A stretch of DNA of 64,000 nucleotides, taken from NCBI GenBank assembly GCA_951406725.2, contig OX597821.1, positions 43,710,001 through 43,774,000 on the forward strand, given 5' to 3'. This document shows, piece by piece, positions 1 to 12,850 of the stretch (positions are counted from its first letter, which is position 1; every line of letters starts with the position of its first letter). The position numbers and the translations under genes are program-made. The stretch is from Octopus vulgaris (taxonomy: Eukaryota). Below the pieces are notes generated by a model. The model had not been told where the DNA came from. It made no database searches and saw only the letters and a list, made by a program, of their open reading frames with translations.

Positions 1-465
1 AGATAGTCTCTGACAGCTGTTTCTGGGATATCCTAGCTATTGAAACATTGTATCAAGGGAAGACTCTGTAAGTTGGGTTTTCCATCATCGGAGAAATATA
101 GATTAGACAGTGGAAAAATGTTCCTCATCAATGGTATTTGTTGTGGTTCATTATATCCAGGAAGGTGGGAGCGTCTAATTAAATCCAATTGGATAGGGTC
201 TTCTTTAGGTAAATCCGTGATCAGAAAGACTGGTTAAGTGATACAGCATGGTGAGAAGAGGGAAAGAATTCTTATGCAGAACTCCATATTGAGGGTAAAT
301 GAAAATGAATGCTAGTAGATCCAAAGATGTGCAAATACTGGTGGCACACCTATTTCAGCATTCAGAATGCACACCTATTAGTTTGAGTCATGTTTGACAA
401 AAACTCCTCACATTCTCTATATGTATATATGTATGTACTTATAATATAGAAATGTGGGTATATTA

Positions 466-590
466 TAGCTATAACATTGGCAGAGTATGTCATAGCTATG
501 ACATTAGTACAAAATATATAATAGCTATGACATCAGCACAGAATATGTCATAGCTATGATATTGTCATCAGATAATCATTGCTAAGACTT
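466..590. repeat. Degenerate ~28-30 bp minisatellite (ATAGCTATGACAT core)
   Basis: Four to five recurrences of atagctat(g/a)a(c/t)at at roughly 28-30 bp spacing. Confidence 0.6.
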
Positions 591-1410
591 TGGCACATAT
601 TGACTTGATAACATATTTCTACCATATATTTCCCATTGCCATTTAGTTTCATTGACCTACCCAATCAAGACTGGAGATATATTCTATATTTAACTGTCTT
701 TTTTTATATATCTATATTGATTCTATAGTCTACAATCAATAACGATCTTTTGTTTTATCATATTTTAATAGCTAAACATTGATCTTATTCAGCTAAAATT
801 AGATTTTCAGTTTCTATGTTTAGACCAGAGCTTTTGAGTCATTGTTAAACTATATAGTCTGGATCATTTCATCTCTGTCCAGTCTTGTAAGATATTGACA
901 AAACATCATCAGTTTTTCATTATTTGTTGAGCTCAATTTTGATTTTAACTAATTTTTTTTTACATCATCTTCTTCCATTTTGTCTTTCTCTAAACCTTTA
1001 ACCTTCAGTTTATTTTTACCCTAGCTTTGAATTACATACAAAGAAAAGCTTTTTATTTTAGCCATGTTATCATATTACATTAATCAGTCTACATTTACTT
1101 TACTTCTAAATATTGTTCTTAATCCATTGTAGTTACTTTGTAATAGCTTATCATTTATTACAAACTGTCGTTGCTCTGTGTATGTGTATGTATGTGTGCA
1201 TCTGTATGTATTTGCATGTGTGTGTATGTGAGTGTGTATATGCATGATGGTGTGGATGTGTGGGTATGGATGTGTGTGTGTTGTGTATGTGTGTGTACAT
1301 GTTAAGTAAAGCCTATTGATATCGGCTTTAGGAGCATAGGTTCAGATAGAATATAGTGTCTAGTTTTCATGCTTTTCTTTTTATTATTTAACTCCTTTAG
1401 TTCACTTAGA

Positions 1411-1730
1411 TTCCATCCATCCATCATTTCACCCAGCCATCCATTTATCCATTCATTCATCCACCTGTTCATACACCCAACTCTCCGTCAATTTGTCCAA
1501 CCATACACCCATCCAATGATATATCCATTGACTCACCTCTCCATCCATCTATCCATCCATTCATCCTTCTACCCATTCATTCATCCATCCATCTATCCGT
1601 CCATTCACCATCCATCCATCCATCTATCCATCCATCCGTTCATTCTTTCATTCATTTATCCATCTACTCATCCTTTATCCATCTCTCCATCCATCTGGCC
1701 ACCCAACCATCCACCCATTTACTCATTTAC
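1411..1730. repeat. Degenerate (CCAT)n microsatellite
   Basis: Direct reading; explains ORF 1369..1791. Confidence 0.85.
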
Positions 1731-1949
1731 CTTATGGTCTACTTTTCCTGTAAGAGTCATGTTGTCAGAGTTCTTAGATATATCCCCCTGATAGATCAAT
1801 TAGAACGACCCACCACCAATTGATCCAGCTAAATCCCAGGTAAAACCAACAGACATAAGGGTATTATCCAACCATTTTGCTCATGATCTACCCTTATGTC
1901 TCCTACTTGTCACATTGGCTATAAAATCTGTAGAGACTTAACTTTTATC

Positions 1950-2335
1950 ATTTTACTTTTACTTGTTTCAGTCATTAGACTGCAGCCATGCTGGGACTCT
2001 TTCTTGAGGAATATATAATCGAATGAATTGACTCAATTACCTCCTTTTTTTAGCCTGGTACTTATTCTATCAATCTCTTTTGCTGAACTGCTAAGGTATG
2101 GGGATATAAACATGCCAACACTGGTTGTCAAGTGGTGATGGGTAACAAACACAGACACAAAGACACACATACACACACACACATGCACACAATAAGCTTC
2201 TTTCATCAACCAAATCCACTCACAAGGCTTTTGTTGGCCTAAGGTAATTGAAGAAGACACTTGCCCAAGGTGCCATGTGGTGAGACAGAACTCAGAACCA
2301 TGTGGTTGGTAAGCAAGCCTCTTACCATAAAGCCT
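1950..2335 (-). mobile_element. tRNA-derived SINE, family A (Octopus-type), diverged copy
   Basis: Reverse-complement similarity to the copy at 16129-16525 (ccttgggcaagtgtcttc core, gactgaaacaagtaaaag tail). Confidence 0.8.
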
Positions 2336-3755
2336 TCCATTTTATGACAGGGACAGCTGGTGTGTTTATGCCTATTATCTTATTTTGACTTATAGTGTCA
2401 ACCTGATGGACCCTTTTCAAATTTTCTCCTTCATTTCTGTGTGTTGTTTCTAGCCAGTTCACCTAAATACCTGTAGATGGTAATGGTGGTGGTTGTTGTG
2501 ATGGTGGATCCTATCCTAATTCTCAGAATTCCAAAGAAAATGGACTCCATGTCTAACAGACACAGAGTAAGGGCAGCTATGAAATGCTACTTTTCAATTA
2601 CTCAGAATTCTCACTAGAAGCAGCTGACAGTCTCTGTTACTTTGGTGATCTTAAATAGCTGTGAGGGTGGATGTTGTAAACACACATCATATACTGCTGA
2701 TTTCTCCAAGTTCTTCATTGTCTTATATTTTAGACATAAAACATGTGTTCTCATTTCTTTTTAAAGATTCTAGAGAATATATTTAATGCAATCCTTTAGC
2801 TTCTTTATACTTGGTCAAAAGATGGTAAAGAAATAGCTTTAATGGCTCAATTCTTGGGTTAATATTGTAATTGGTTCAATAATTTTCCTAATCCAGATAT
2901 TAGAAAACAGCAGCATTGAATGGACCACTAAATATTCAATACATGAATCAATTATTTTCTGTAGAAAGAACAAACCCAAAACTGAAACAAAAACACAATA
3001 GACATCCTCACCATACTTCATCAGAAAATCTTTAATTTATATTTGGAAATAATTGATTGCTAAAAGAAAAAAACAAAAACAAACTAAGCAAAAGCAGAAC
3101 CAACTGACCTGGAAGTAATGCATAAAACAAGGAAACAAATGATTAGTGTATATAGTTAATATATACATATATATATATTAATATATATAGTGTATATCGA
3201 TAATATATATAATATATTAATATACAATACATATAATTAAGAATCTAACTTCTTAACAGCAGGTTTTCTTGAAAATTTCTATTAACAGAACTTTTGGTGA
3301 ATGGATTAATTCTAACTACAATCTTTTAATTGCTTGTTAACTCATCATTATCATCAAGAGAAAATAATGATTGATGGATTTCAACCAGACATTGAGTCAA
3401 TACTTGATAATTGACTCAGAATATAGTGACTGGAATACCTGACAGTGATTTCTATGACAATGGAAATATCTGAAGAGTTGTCCAACAGCCTCTTCAGTAT
3501 CACATAACACAAATTCAGTCTACTTATTCACCTACTTAGCTGACCTAACTACCTTCTTACATAACTACTGAACTAGCTAGACAGTCAGGGAAAGCATATT
3601 TAACAAATATCTCATGTTGTTATATTCATGGCATGCCAGTGATGTGAACTTAAATTCATAGATTTTTCAGTTTGATTTATTCACAATCGATTCTACTCTC
3701 AGACTAGCTGGCACCTCTCTGTCTCATCATTTGCCTAAGAGATCAACTGAAACTC

Positions 3756-4078
3756 TGATCTAAATTACAACCTTCCAACAAAATTTCATGTTAATTTATA
3801 TTAAAAACATCAGCTCAATATCTACCCAGTTAATTCATTAAATTTTTAGTCATTTTCAAAATTAATTGAAACAAAGACAGTGCATTTCAGTAGAAATATG
3901 GTAACACTGGAGTGAAAGTGATCTAAATTATAACCTTCCATCAAAATTTCATGTTAATTATGCTTGAAATAACAGCAGAATCCTGAAAAGGTTAATTTAC
4001 CAAGTTCTTTGTTAATTTCAAAATTAATTGAAATAAAGCCAGTGTATTTAAATGAAAATATGGTAACAAAAGGCTTAA
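3756..4078. repeat. Two tandem ~160 bp copies of a MITE-like terminal segment ending near TTAA (piggyBac-like end possible)
   Basis: tgatctaaatta(c/t)aaccttcca...aaatatggtaac repeated at 3756 and 3918; the second copy ends ggtaacaaaaggcttaa. Confidence 0.5.
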
Positions 4079-4094
4079 CAAGTTTTCCTTGTTA

Positions 4095-4313
4095 CTGGTT
4101 TCAAATTTTGGCACAAGGCCTGCAATTTCAGGGGAGGGGGTTAAATCGATTACATCAAACACCTGTGTTCATCTGGTACTTATTTTATCAACCCTGAAAG
4201 GATGAAAGGCAAAGTTGACCTTGGTGGCATTTGAGCTCAGAGTGTAAAGGCAGACAAAATGCTGTTACACAATTTGCCAAGTGTGGTAATAATTCTGCCA
4301 GCTCACTGCCTTA
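4095..4313 (-). mobile_element. SINE family B (gttgactttgcctttcatcctttc...gataaaataagtaccag central domain, Meta-domain-like)
   Basis: Same family recurs at about 10920-11131(-), 11285-11490(-), 14418-14620(+), 15895-16070(-), 16555-16765(-), 18628-18850(-), 27155-27350(-), 27868-28065(-), 29065-29282(-), 35560-35720(-), 36310-36425(-), 40225-40402(-). Confidence 0.8.
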
Positions 4314-4610
4314 ATATTCCTTGTCATTAAGGATGATAGAGGCCTAAGTAAAAGAGCTTAATAACTGACATTGTTGGCAGTAGTCATCGGGCATATTAAC
4401 AACTGAAAGTCACTACCTTACCAATTAATATGATGCAGGGTGACATGACTGGGCTTTTGAAATTGATGGTTCAGTTGATCTGCTGAGATTTCATGTAGTT
4501 TCCATCAACTGAGTTTCTTTTACAAGGTTTGGGTTGACCCAAGAAAGACCATTGTAACACTTGTGCTCAAGATATTACAATTGACTTGGCCATGACCTCA
4601 TCCATATGTA

Positions 4611-5115
4611 TATAATAATAACAATAATTCTAGGATGGAATTTATAAATATTTAATACATTGCTGCACATGCTTCCACAAATCACATGGTTTTAACATCG
4701 AAGTCCATATCCTTGGGATTGGTACAGTATAGTCCGTATTATCCATTAACATCTAGTTGACATCATCATCGATTCATTTCATCAAGTGATACTGCATTAT
4801 CAGATGAATCACAGAGGGATGTTTATCTTGCCAGTATGAAGGTCAATCTAGCAATGAAGGCCACATAGCTAGATTGACCTTCATAGTGGCAAGGAGGGAT
4901 AAACATCCCTCTGTGATCCATCCGATAATGCAGTATCACCCGATGAAATGAATCAATGGTGATGATCAACTGGATGCCAATGGATAATACGGACTATATT
5001 GTACCAATCCCAAGGATATGGACTATGATGTTAAATTCATGTGATTTGTGGAAACGTGTGTAGCGATGTATTAAATATTTATAAATTCCATCCAAGAATT
5101 ATTGTTATTATTATA
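4611..5115. repeat. ~505 bp fold-back palindrome (arms ~245 bp, loop ~7 nt)
   Basis: tataataataacaataattc... pairs with ...gaattattgttattattata; centre at about 4857-4863. Confidence 0.9.
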
Positions 5116-5312
5116 TTTAACCTACATTATATCGGTATAACCATTATGCAACTCTGAAAAACTGACTCTCTAATCAGTATCATTAGATGGTAGCTAGCAT
5201 AATGAAACAAGAGCTTTATTTGCATACCCATAATGCTACCATAAATGAATTTTTAAAATATATATTTATGTGTATATATATATGTATGTATATATATATA
5301 TATCTATCTATA

Positions 5313-5345
<33 letters not shown>

Positions 5346-5484
5346 TTTATTTAAAAGCATTCACAGACACACACACGCATACACAAGCATATGTATTTTT
5401 TTTTAATTCATTTATGGTAACATTATAGATATGCAACTAAAGCTCCTATTTCATTAAGCCAGCTACCATCTAATATATATCACT

Positions 5485-5610
5485 CTAACGTCGTGGAGGT
5501 CTTCCGGGTGGTCTTTTCCACTCACGCGGGTACCACTCAGCAACTGCGTGCATCCACCGATTATCGGTAAGCCGGGCGACATGTCCAGCCCATCTATACT
5601 TGCTGCGAGT
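5485..5610 (-). mobile_element. RTE-clade LINE 3' ORF fragment
   Basis: Peptide RWAGHVARLTDNRW...WYPREWKRPPGRPPRR, typical of the RTE C-terminus. Confidence 0.8.
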
Positions 5611-5640
5611 ATACATATTTATATATATATATATATATAT

Positions 5641-5922
5641 ATATCTCACCTTCACTCGCTTCCACAGGCTTAGCCAATACCGCAGGATGAAAAACATCAG
5701 CTAAGTTCCCGACCTGTTTCCTCTTTTCATTGTTTTTGCAAGCCTTATTATTATTGTATCCCCATATATTAGCGTTATCGTTGTCTTTCGTCTCAAATGC
5801 TAGCTGAAGCATAAAAACTTTCACTCACAAAAACTTATTCACACCACCGCAAAGCATTTCATCTCAATCCTGTCTTCTTTCTGCCGCCTAAAACCTCATC
5901 TTCTCCCAATGCGCGGTGTCAC

Positions 5923-5967
<45 letters not shown>

Positions 5968-6185
5968 ATGTGGTGTCGGTTTCTCCCTCTGTTTTCACTG
6001 TCTCTCTCTCTCTCTCTCTCGGTATATATCTCACCTTCACTCGCTTCCACAGGCTTAGCCAATACCGCAGGATGAAAAACATCAGTTAAGTTCCCGACCT
6101 GTTTCCTCTTTTCATTGTTTTTGCAAGCCTTATTATTATTGTATCCCCATATATTAGCGTTATCGTTGTCTTTCGTCTCAAATGC
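5641..6185. repeat. Near-identical ~160 bp direct duplication (5641-5800 and 6026-6185)
   Basis: atatctcaccttcactcgc...gtctcaaatgc present twice, separated by (TC)n tracts. Confidence 0.9.
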
Positions 6186-6544
6186 CCGCCCTCCCACCCC
6201 CACCACCAATACCGGTGAACACTGTTCTCACCATCTACACCGGATACTCCCTCCTCCTCCCCCACCACCCCTTCCTACCCCTTCTCCTCATATGCTTTCA
6301 CTCTGAAAAGACAAGCTACTAGCGTCACAGCTCTTCAACCGCCCACTGATCTTACGCTTCCTTCCTCCTGTTTTGAATCTGACACTGCCTCAATCCGACT
6401 ATCTCCTTCCAGTCCCCTCCCCGCCTCGTAATTATCCTACGTTTTTATTTCTTACAAACCTGCACCAACCCTTCCTGGCCATCGTTCCTCCTTACCCCCC
6501 AACCTTCCCCACCCCCACCCATTCCAAGTACCCCGGATCCCTGT

Positions 6545-6803
6545 TGCCCCCGTGCCGCGGGCACGTTAAAAGCTCGAACCGATCGTGACCGATGCCGGAC
6601 CCCCCGGCCCCTGTGCAGGTGGCACGTAAAAAGCACCCACTCCACTCACGGAGTGGTTGGCGTTAGGAAGGGCATCCAGCCGTAGAAACTCTGCCAGATC
6701 AGACTGGAGCCTGGAGCGGCCCCTGGCTTCCCAGACCCCGGTCGAACCGTCCAACCCGTGCTAGCGCGGAAAACGGACGTTAAACGATGATGATGATGAT
6801 GAT
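6545..6803 (+). mobile_element. SINE family C (ggcacgtaaaaagcacc...ggacgttaaacg(atg)n tail), CpG-rich young copy
   Basis: Family recurs at about 20212-20485(+), 21035-21390(+), 36660-36900(-), 42255-42370(-), 48950-49190(-), 52430-52812(+), 53780-54157(+), 55884-55975(-), 61580-61825(+), 62492-62785(-). Confidence 0.85.
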
Positions 6804-6880
6804 ATATATATATATATATATATAGCTTCTGCACACATTTTTTTCTCTCCTTGTTTCTCTCCGTGTTTCTTTTCTGTGTA

Positions 6881-6918
6881 TCTTTCTGCTGAAGAGCGTA
6901 GGCTCGAAACATAAAAGA
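6881..6918 (+). ncRNA. Type I hammerhead-like motif, core variant CUGCUGA
   Basis: tcttt-CTGCTGA-a-gagc(gtag)gctc-GAAA-ca-TA-aaaga; stems I and II pair; related copy at 43358-43395. Confidence 0.55.
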
Positions 6919-7029
6919 CTTGTTTTATTTGTATTCCTGCGTGCCATACTAATACAATTGTTTGTTTGTACTCCACCTGCCTTCGTCTTTAGTTTATTTT
7001 CATAAAGCTTCCCGTTATATATATATATA

Positions 7030-7221
7030 CCTGAGTAAGCACATAAATGTGAAACAAGGTGGAAAAAAGAGTACTCAAATACCAGAGGTAGAGTAATATG
7101 CTTTATTTAAAAGCAGCAGAAATATAACAAAAGCTGTTACTCAGAGTTTCACGTTTACTCTACATCAGGTATTTGAGTACTCTTTTTCCCACCTTGTTTC
7201 ACATTTATGTGCTTACTCAGG
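7030..7221. repeat. Fold-back element flanked by (TA)n, ~66 bp arms, with a 3' half HHR motif on the minus strand
   Basis: cctgagtaagcacataaatgtg... pairs with ...cacatttatgtgcttactcagg; minus strand reads gaaa-ctc-t-gag-ta-acag near 7135-7150. Confidence 0.8.
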
Positions 7222-7978
7222 TATATATATATTAGATGGTAGCTGGCATAATGAAATAGGAGCTTTAGTTGCATATCTATAATGTTACCATAAATGAATT
7301 AAAAAAAAAAATATATATATATATGTATATGCTTGTGTGTGTGTGTGTCTGTGAATGTGATATGTGTATATGTTTATGTGTGTTCATATCCATTTGTATA
7401 TATATATAAATATTTAGTAAACCAATGTAAATTCCTTGGGTGGATTTACTCTCTAAGAGGAGATAATTACTTAAAAGGTAAGCCTAACCATTCAATAAAG
7501 AGGGATTGGTAATTTGGGGACTAGACAAAGTAATGAACAGATAAAGTAGTGACATATCTAGTTAAAACCCTTGAAAGTAGTACCTAGCATAACCATAATC
7601 CAATGACTTAAGTCAGTGAAAGAATATTAGTACGTAAAAACGTAAAGTATTTTGCCTCAGCAGATAAGGGAGACAACTGTTAACATGTTCCTTTTTTTTT
7701 CACCTGGAGTCTTCTTCAATGGAATGTATCCAATCTGTAACTTGATAAAGAATATTTTAGTCACTGACTAATATGTATTTATTTTTTCTCCCCACCAATG
7801 TAAATATACTTCAAGTTGTCTAGTGTTTAAGCTATTTGAAAAACTGCCTAATAATAAAGCAGCTAGCATTCAAAACATTTTTAATCAGTCTGTGTATTTT
7901 CAACACTGCTGACTATATTGCATGTACTACATGTCTATCTAACTCTCCACCTAAATACCTTCCTATTTGTCTGTCTCT

Positions 7979-7984
<6 letters not shown>

Positions 7985-8047
<63 letters not shown>

Positions 8048-8132
8048 TACATATATACACACACACATACATACACACATACATACATACGTACATACAT
8101 ACATACATACATATACACATCTATATATATAT

Positions 8133-8200
<68 letters not shown>
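7985..8200. repeat. Compound (TC)n/(TA)n/(CA)n/(TACA)n microsatellite
   Basis: Direct reading; source of several spurious ORFs. Confidence 0.95.
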
Positions 8201-8202
<2 letters not shown>

Positions 8203-8529
8203 TCTCTCTTCCCATCCCATTACCAACTTTCCATATCCTCTCTCCTATGTTCACCTTCTTATACCTTGAGTTTTTGCTCTGGCAATCCATCATTACCTTC
8301 TTTTTGTATCTTTTTCTCAACAACTCCCACCCATTCACTCCTACATATAATGTGAAGTAGTTATGTATCTCCTCTATAGTAAAGCACCTGTGCTTATATC
8401 TCTATCATACTTTAGCCTTTCAACACTTGGCTTAAAGTCACCTGCTCCTCGCAAATGTTACACCACTTAGTAGTGAGAGCTTTTTCCTTTTCCTTTTCCT
8501 TTTTCTGTTCTTTTTATGTTGTTTTAGTG

Positions 8530-8945
8530 ACAACACTGTATTGCATAAGGGTACCTTGATGACATTTTGGGGCTGCTGCTAATTACATGTGCAATGTCTT
8601 CCACAGAAATATGGCAATCTACATTTTTTAGCTGCATCTTGGGACTCCAAAAATATCACTGTCTCCTATTCTTGGATTGCAAATGCATGGCTTCGAAGTC
8701 TGATATCATAATCACAAGTCTGAGCAAGGTCGCACTTCATGTTGATATTGCTATCTTCAAGTCTTTGGGAAACATCCATGCAGTCTTTTTGTTTTGGCAT
8801 ATGGGGAATGTTTCACATCCAGGTTTTCTTTGGGCTATGTTCATCCAGCTGCTTTATATGAGAAGTCTTCAGGAAGAGAGTGATTCTTGAAGAGCTCACT
8901 ACCAGCATGTAGGATGTTGTTCTCTTCCCTTTTCAGCACTAGGGT
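8530..8945 (-). mobile_element. RLE-type (R4/Dong-like) LINE fragment, decayed
   Basis: Minus-strand remnants LHG...FAIQE...CRL...EDIAHVISSSPKMSSRY, matching the copy at 45888-46690. Confidence 0.6.
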
Positions 8946-8993
8946 TTTGTATGTATGTATGTTATGTATGTATATATGTATGTACGTGCGTGC

Positions 8994-9024
<31 letters not shown>

Positions 9025-9849
9025 TGTATGTATGTATGTATGTATGTATGTATGTATGTATGTGTGTGTGTATGTGTGTATGTGTATGTGTGTATGTATG
9101 TATGTATGTATGCATGTATGTATGTATGTACAAATGTACGTGTATGCATATGTATGTATGTGTGTATGTATGTATTTACTTGCTAGTTAAGGGGAAAGGG
9201 GCCATGCCCATGGCTTTTTCGGGCTCTCTAGAACCAGTGAAACTGTTTATGTTCTGTTTGTTTCGTTGCCAGCTGAAACCTGTCGGAAAGACATGAGCAA
9301 GATCTCAGAGTACTAAACTTCTGCATAAGAAGGACTGGGTGTAGGGATTAATGTAAGGCCTGATTGAGGGTGGGGAGTAGACACAGCGAGGAGGACAAGA
9401 GTTGAGTGTTTTGAAACAGTCTGAGTGGCAAATATACAGGAGCTGCCAGATTTAAGCAACAGAGGCCATTATAGTAGTAATAGAAAAGACCAAGAGGAGA
9501 CAGCATATGGACCAGAGCCTGGAGTATGTCTATGAGTGACTTTATACTAATCAGGATGTCTGTGTACCTAGCAGCAGCATTATTCTTCGTGAGGGAGCAA
9601 TTCTCCACTGGGACAGGGTGGAGACCTCATTTGAGCATTGCAAAGTGTCAGCACTTATTGTAATGTGATTCTGGCTGTCTTAAGGATGAATTTTCACCAG
9701 GAAAGATCCTTGGTGACAGTGAGTATTTGGAGTGATTGTCAGGGCTTTAGTTGAGTGACTCTTATGTTGAGTGACTCTTATTGTTAGTAGGAGTGAAGTA
9801 TGAAGATGTTTTGACATAAGTAGTGCTGAGAATTTGTTTTGCTGTTAAA

Positions 9850-10135
9850 ATGACAAGAGTTGCATGACCCCACGAGAAGATGTTTTTGAGGTCATTATTC
9901 ATGAAATGAGAGCAGGTTTACCCTCTGGTGTGGTTGGGAAAGGTTAGAGAGGAATGAAGGGTTGTATCACCTGCATGAGTGAGGGTATTGTTGAATGTTG
10001 TGGCAAGTAAATTATTAATGTATAGAAGGAAGACTGAGAGACAAAACTGAACCCTAACACACCCCTGAGTACACTTTCAGGCACAACAAAAAGTACTCTT
10101 TCAACACATGCTGTGATTTGATAAGAAGTTAATGA
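9850..10135 (-). mobile_element. Decayed LINE reverse transcriptase fragment (CR1/L2/Jockey group)
   Basis: Frameshifted GSVLS...FLLYINNLL...THAGDTTL, a remnant of PQGSVL / YADD motifs. Confidence 0.5.
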
Positions 10136-10234
10136 TCTAAGGCTTGTGCACGTACACACACACACACATACACACATACACATTTATATATTATTTATAT
10201 ATTTATATATATAAATTATTAACCATCTTACAAA

Positions 10235-10592
10235 CAATAACTCTGAGCACCTTTTCAAAGTCCACCTGTCTAACACCCGTGGACATGTTTACAAAGTCAG
10301 AAAACATCACAGCTTTTGGAAACATTTTTTCATGCTAAGCATTGCTGAAGCATGAAACAGACTGCCGGCATCAGTTGTTAGTTGTTGGAGCACTGCATCC
10401 TTCAAAACTTCCATGCTTCCTGAGATTCGCCAACACTACACCTGATTTTCTCCCCACCCTCATACACACACAAGCATGTTTCTGACTCATACGCTGTTCA
10501 CTTTCCAGACATTTGTACATTACTGCATATACTTTATACACACTTTTGATAAGTTGTGGTGCACCTGAGCACTGTATACAACAATTTCATTG
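10235..10592 (+). mobile_element. CR1-type LINE 3' end
   Basis: SNTRGHVYKVRK...(W)NRLPASVVSC.STASFK remnant plus 3' UTR; weaker minus-strand copy at about 27430-27700. Confidence 0.7.
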
Positions 10593-11206
10593 CACACAAA
10601 CATACACATACTCTCTCTTTTACACATACACACACACCCTCTCTCATGCACATACAATACACATATAGGAATCTGTCTATCTACACACAATTACATATAA
10701 TTATCTCTCCTTATTATCTACTTGTTTATCAATTCGTCCTTCTGCTTGATTTTGTTTATATGTGTGTGTGTGTGTGTGTGTGCTTGCACTTACACTCAAC
10801 ACAGTTGGTGGCACTTTGAGAGTTGATCCTCAGCCAGTCTACTCGAAATTCTGCTACGAATCTCTTGTCTTACCTACTATATGCACTCTTATACATAACT
10901 GTAAAAATAATAATAATTCTCCCAGTAATGGGTAGAAGGTCTGAAATTTTGTGGGAGGAGCCTAGTTAATTACGTTGACCCCAGTGCCCAACTGCTCCTT
11001 ATTTCATTGGCACCAAAAAGATGAAAGGCAGAGTCGACCTCCGTGAAATTTGAATTCAGAATGTAAAACTGGAAGAAATGCCATGAAGCATTTTGTTGGC
11101 ATACTAATGATTCTGCCAGCTTGCTGCCTTAGTAGTAGTAGTAGTGGTGGTGGTGGTGGTGGTTTTAGCAGTAGTAGTAGTAGTAGCAGCAGCAGCAGTA
11201 GTAGTG

Positions 11207-11263
<57 letters not shown>

Positions 11264-11999
11264 ACGATAATTATGATAATAACAATGCTTTCTACTGCAG
11301 GCACTAGGCCTGAAATTTTTGAAGAAGGACCTAGTCAATTACATTGACCCCAATGCTTCAACAAGTTCTTAATTATCGACCCCAAAAGGATGAAAGACAA
11401 AGTCAACCATTGGTGGAATTTGACTCAGAACATAAAGACGGACAAAATACCACTGTACATTTTATCCAGTGTGCAATTAAGCCAGCTCATCACCATAATA
11501 ATAATAATGATAACAACAACAACAACAACAATGTTACACTGCTGCTCACACACTCTCTCCAGTCAAGGGAATGGCTGATGGTGGTGCTCAGAATTGAAGA
11601 TACTTACTCCTCACTAATGCCATTGTCTTGGACAGCTTTACTTTGTGGACCTTAGACAACTTTACTCCTTCCCATTGTCAAAAACCAGTGAGCATAGTTT
11701 TGAATTAATTTAGAAATTAGAGCCAAGTTGTCTTCAGTGCTGGAATTATGGTAACAGAATGCTTTTCAATTCCAATCTATACTAGAATACCTTTATCACA
11801 CCAAACAAATGGTATTTTGTAATTTGTTTCTCTACCTTGAGAATATTTGTTAATCTATTGTACTTTCTTAATACTATTCTTCAAGATAGTTGTAGCACTA
11901 TAAACAATATCTGGTTTATTGACAGCACAGTATGAATCTGATATATTTAAATAAATTTAGATATTACAAACCTTAGCTGTTATAAAGAAATATAAGTAT

Positions 12000-12850
12000 A
12001 TAAATACATTTCTATGATTTGTTAAATGAATAATGCACTGTCTAAAGCACAAATATACAAATTAAGTTATTCACCATGGTAATATCTCGATTCTGTCCGC
12101 TTTATATATATTAGATGAATATTCTATGCTATTAAATGGGGAAGGAGATGGGTTATTATTTACATTTCATTCGGTATTTCTGATTTACATTATGTTGGAC
12201 ATAAAATATACTTTGTTTACTCAATGATGAGGCATTTAAAACACAAATAATTAAATTAAATTATCTACAGTAGTAATACCTTAATTACTGGCTACTTTAT
12301 ATATTCAGCTGAACTCTCTATGCTGTTGGCTGGGAAGCAGATTGGAAGTGATTTAAATTTATTTAAGTGTTTCTGATTCACACTGTGTTGTGCATAAAAT
12401 ATATCTTTATAATTAGATGTCTAAAGCACAAATATGTAAATTAAGCTATCTACCTTGGTAATAGCTTAGTTCCTGACTGTTTAAAAATTTTTTTTTTATA
12501 TTAGATGACTATTCTACACTATCCATTAAAGAAGGCAATTGAGTGTGTCTTCTTTATAAAGCAGCCAAGAAATATTGAAATTGTTTATCAGGAGACTCTC
12601 CTGTTATCACATATCAAAAGCTTAAAAGAACTGCATTTGCATTCTTACAGTTCACTGTCACAGTTAAAGGCTTTCTAATATTTAAATTTATTTCAGCATT
12701 TCTGATTCACTCTATTTTCTGCATAAAATATACATTGTTTAATTAATGATGAGCCAGCTGAAGCACAAAAAGGTAAATTAAATTATCCATAATGGTAATA
12801 GTCTAACAACTGACTGCTTTATATAGTAGCTGAACATCCTTTGTCATAGA
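12000..12850. repeat. Diverged tandem array of ~190 bp AT-rich units
   Basis: (t/g)ctaaagcacaaata...aaattaa...ggtaata block at about 12041, 12234, 12420 and 12757; ttctgatt(c/t)ac...cataaaatata block at about 12180, 12370 and 12700. Confidence 0.65.

Noticed and set aside
1-312. Possible Penelope RT thumb remnant on the minus strand (KNSFP..., FQ*LGYP)
   Set aside because: Only two short motifs with stops; not supportable without an HMM search
7836-9296. Many [12 protein letters not shown] ORFs here and throughout the window
   Set aside because: Translations of di- and tetranucleotide microsatellites
11600-11720. Possible minus-strand exon ending at a GTAAGT donor
   Set aside because: No convincing acceptor or recognisable peptide
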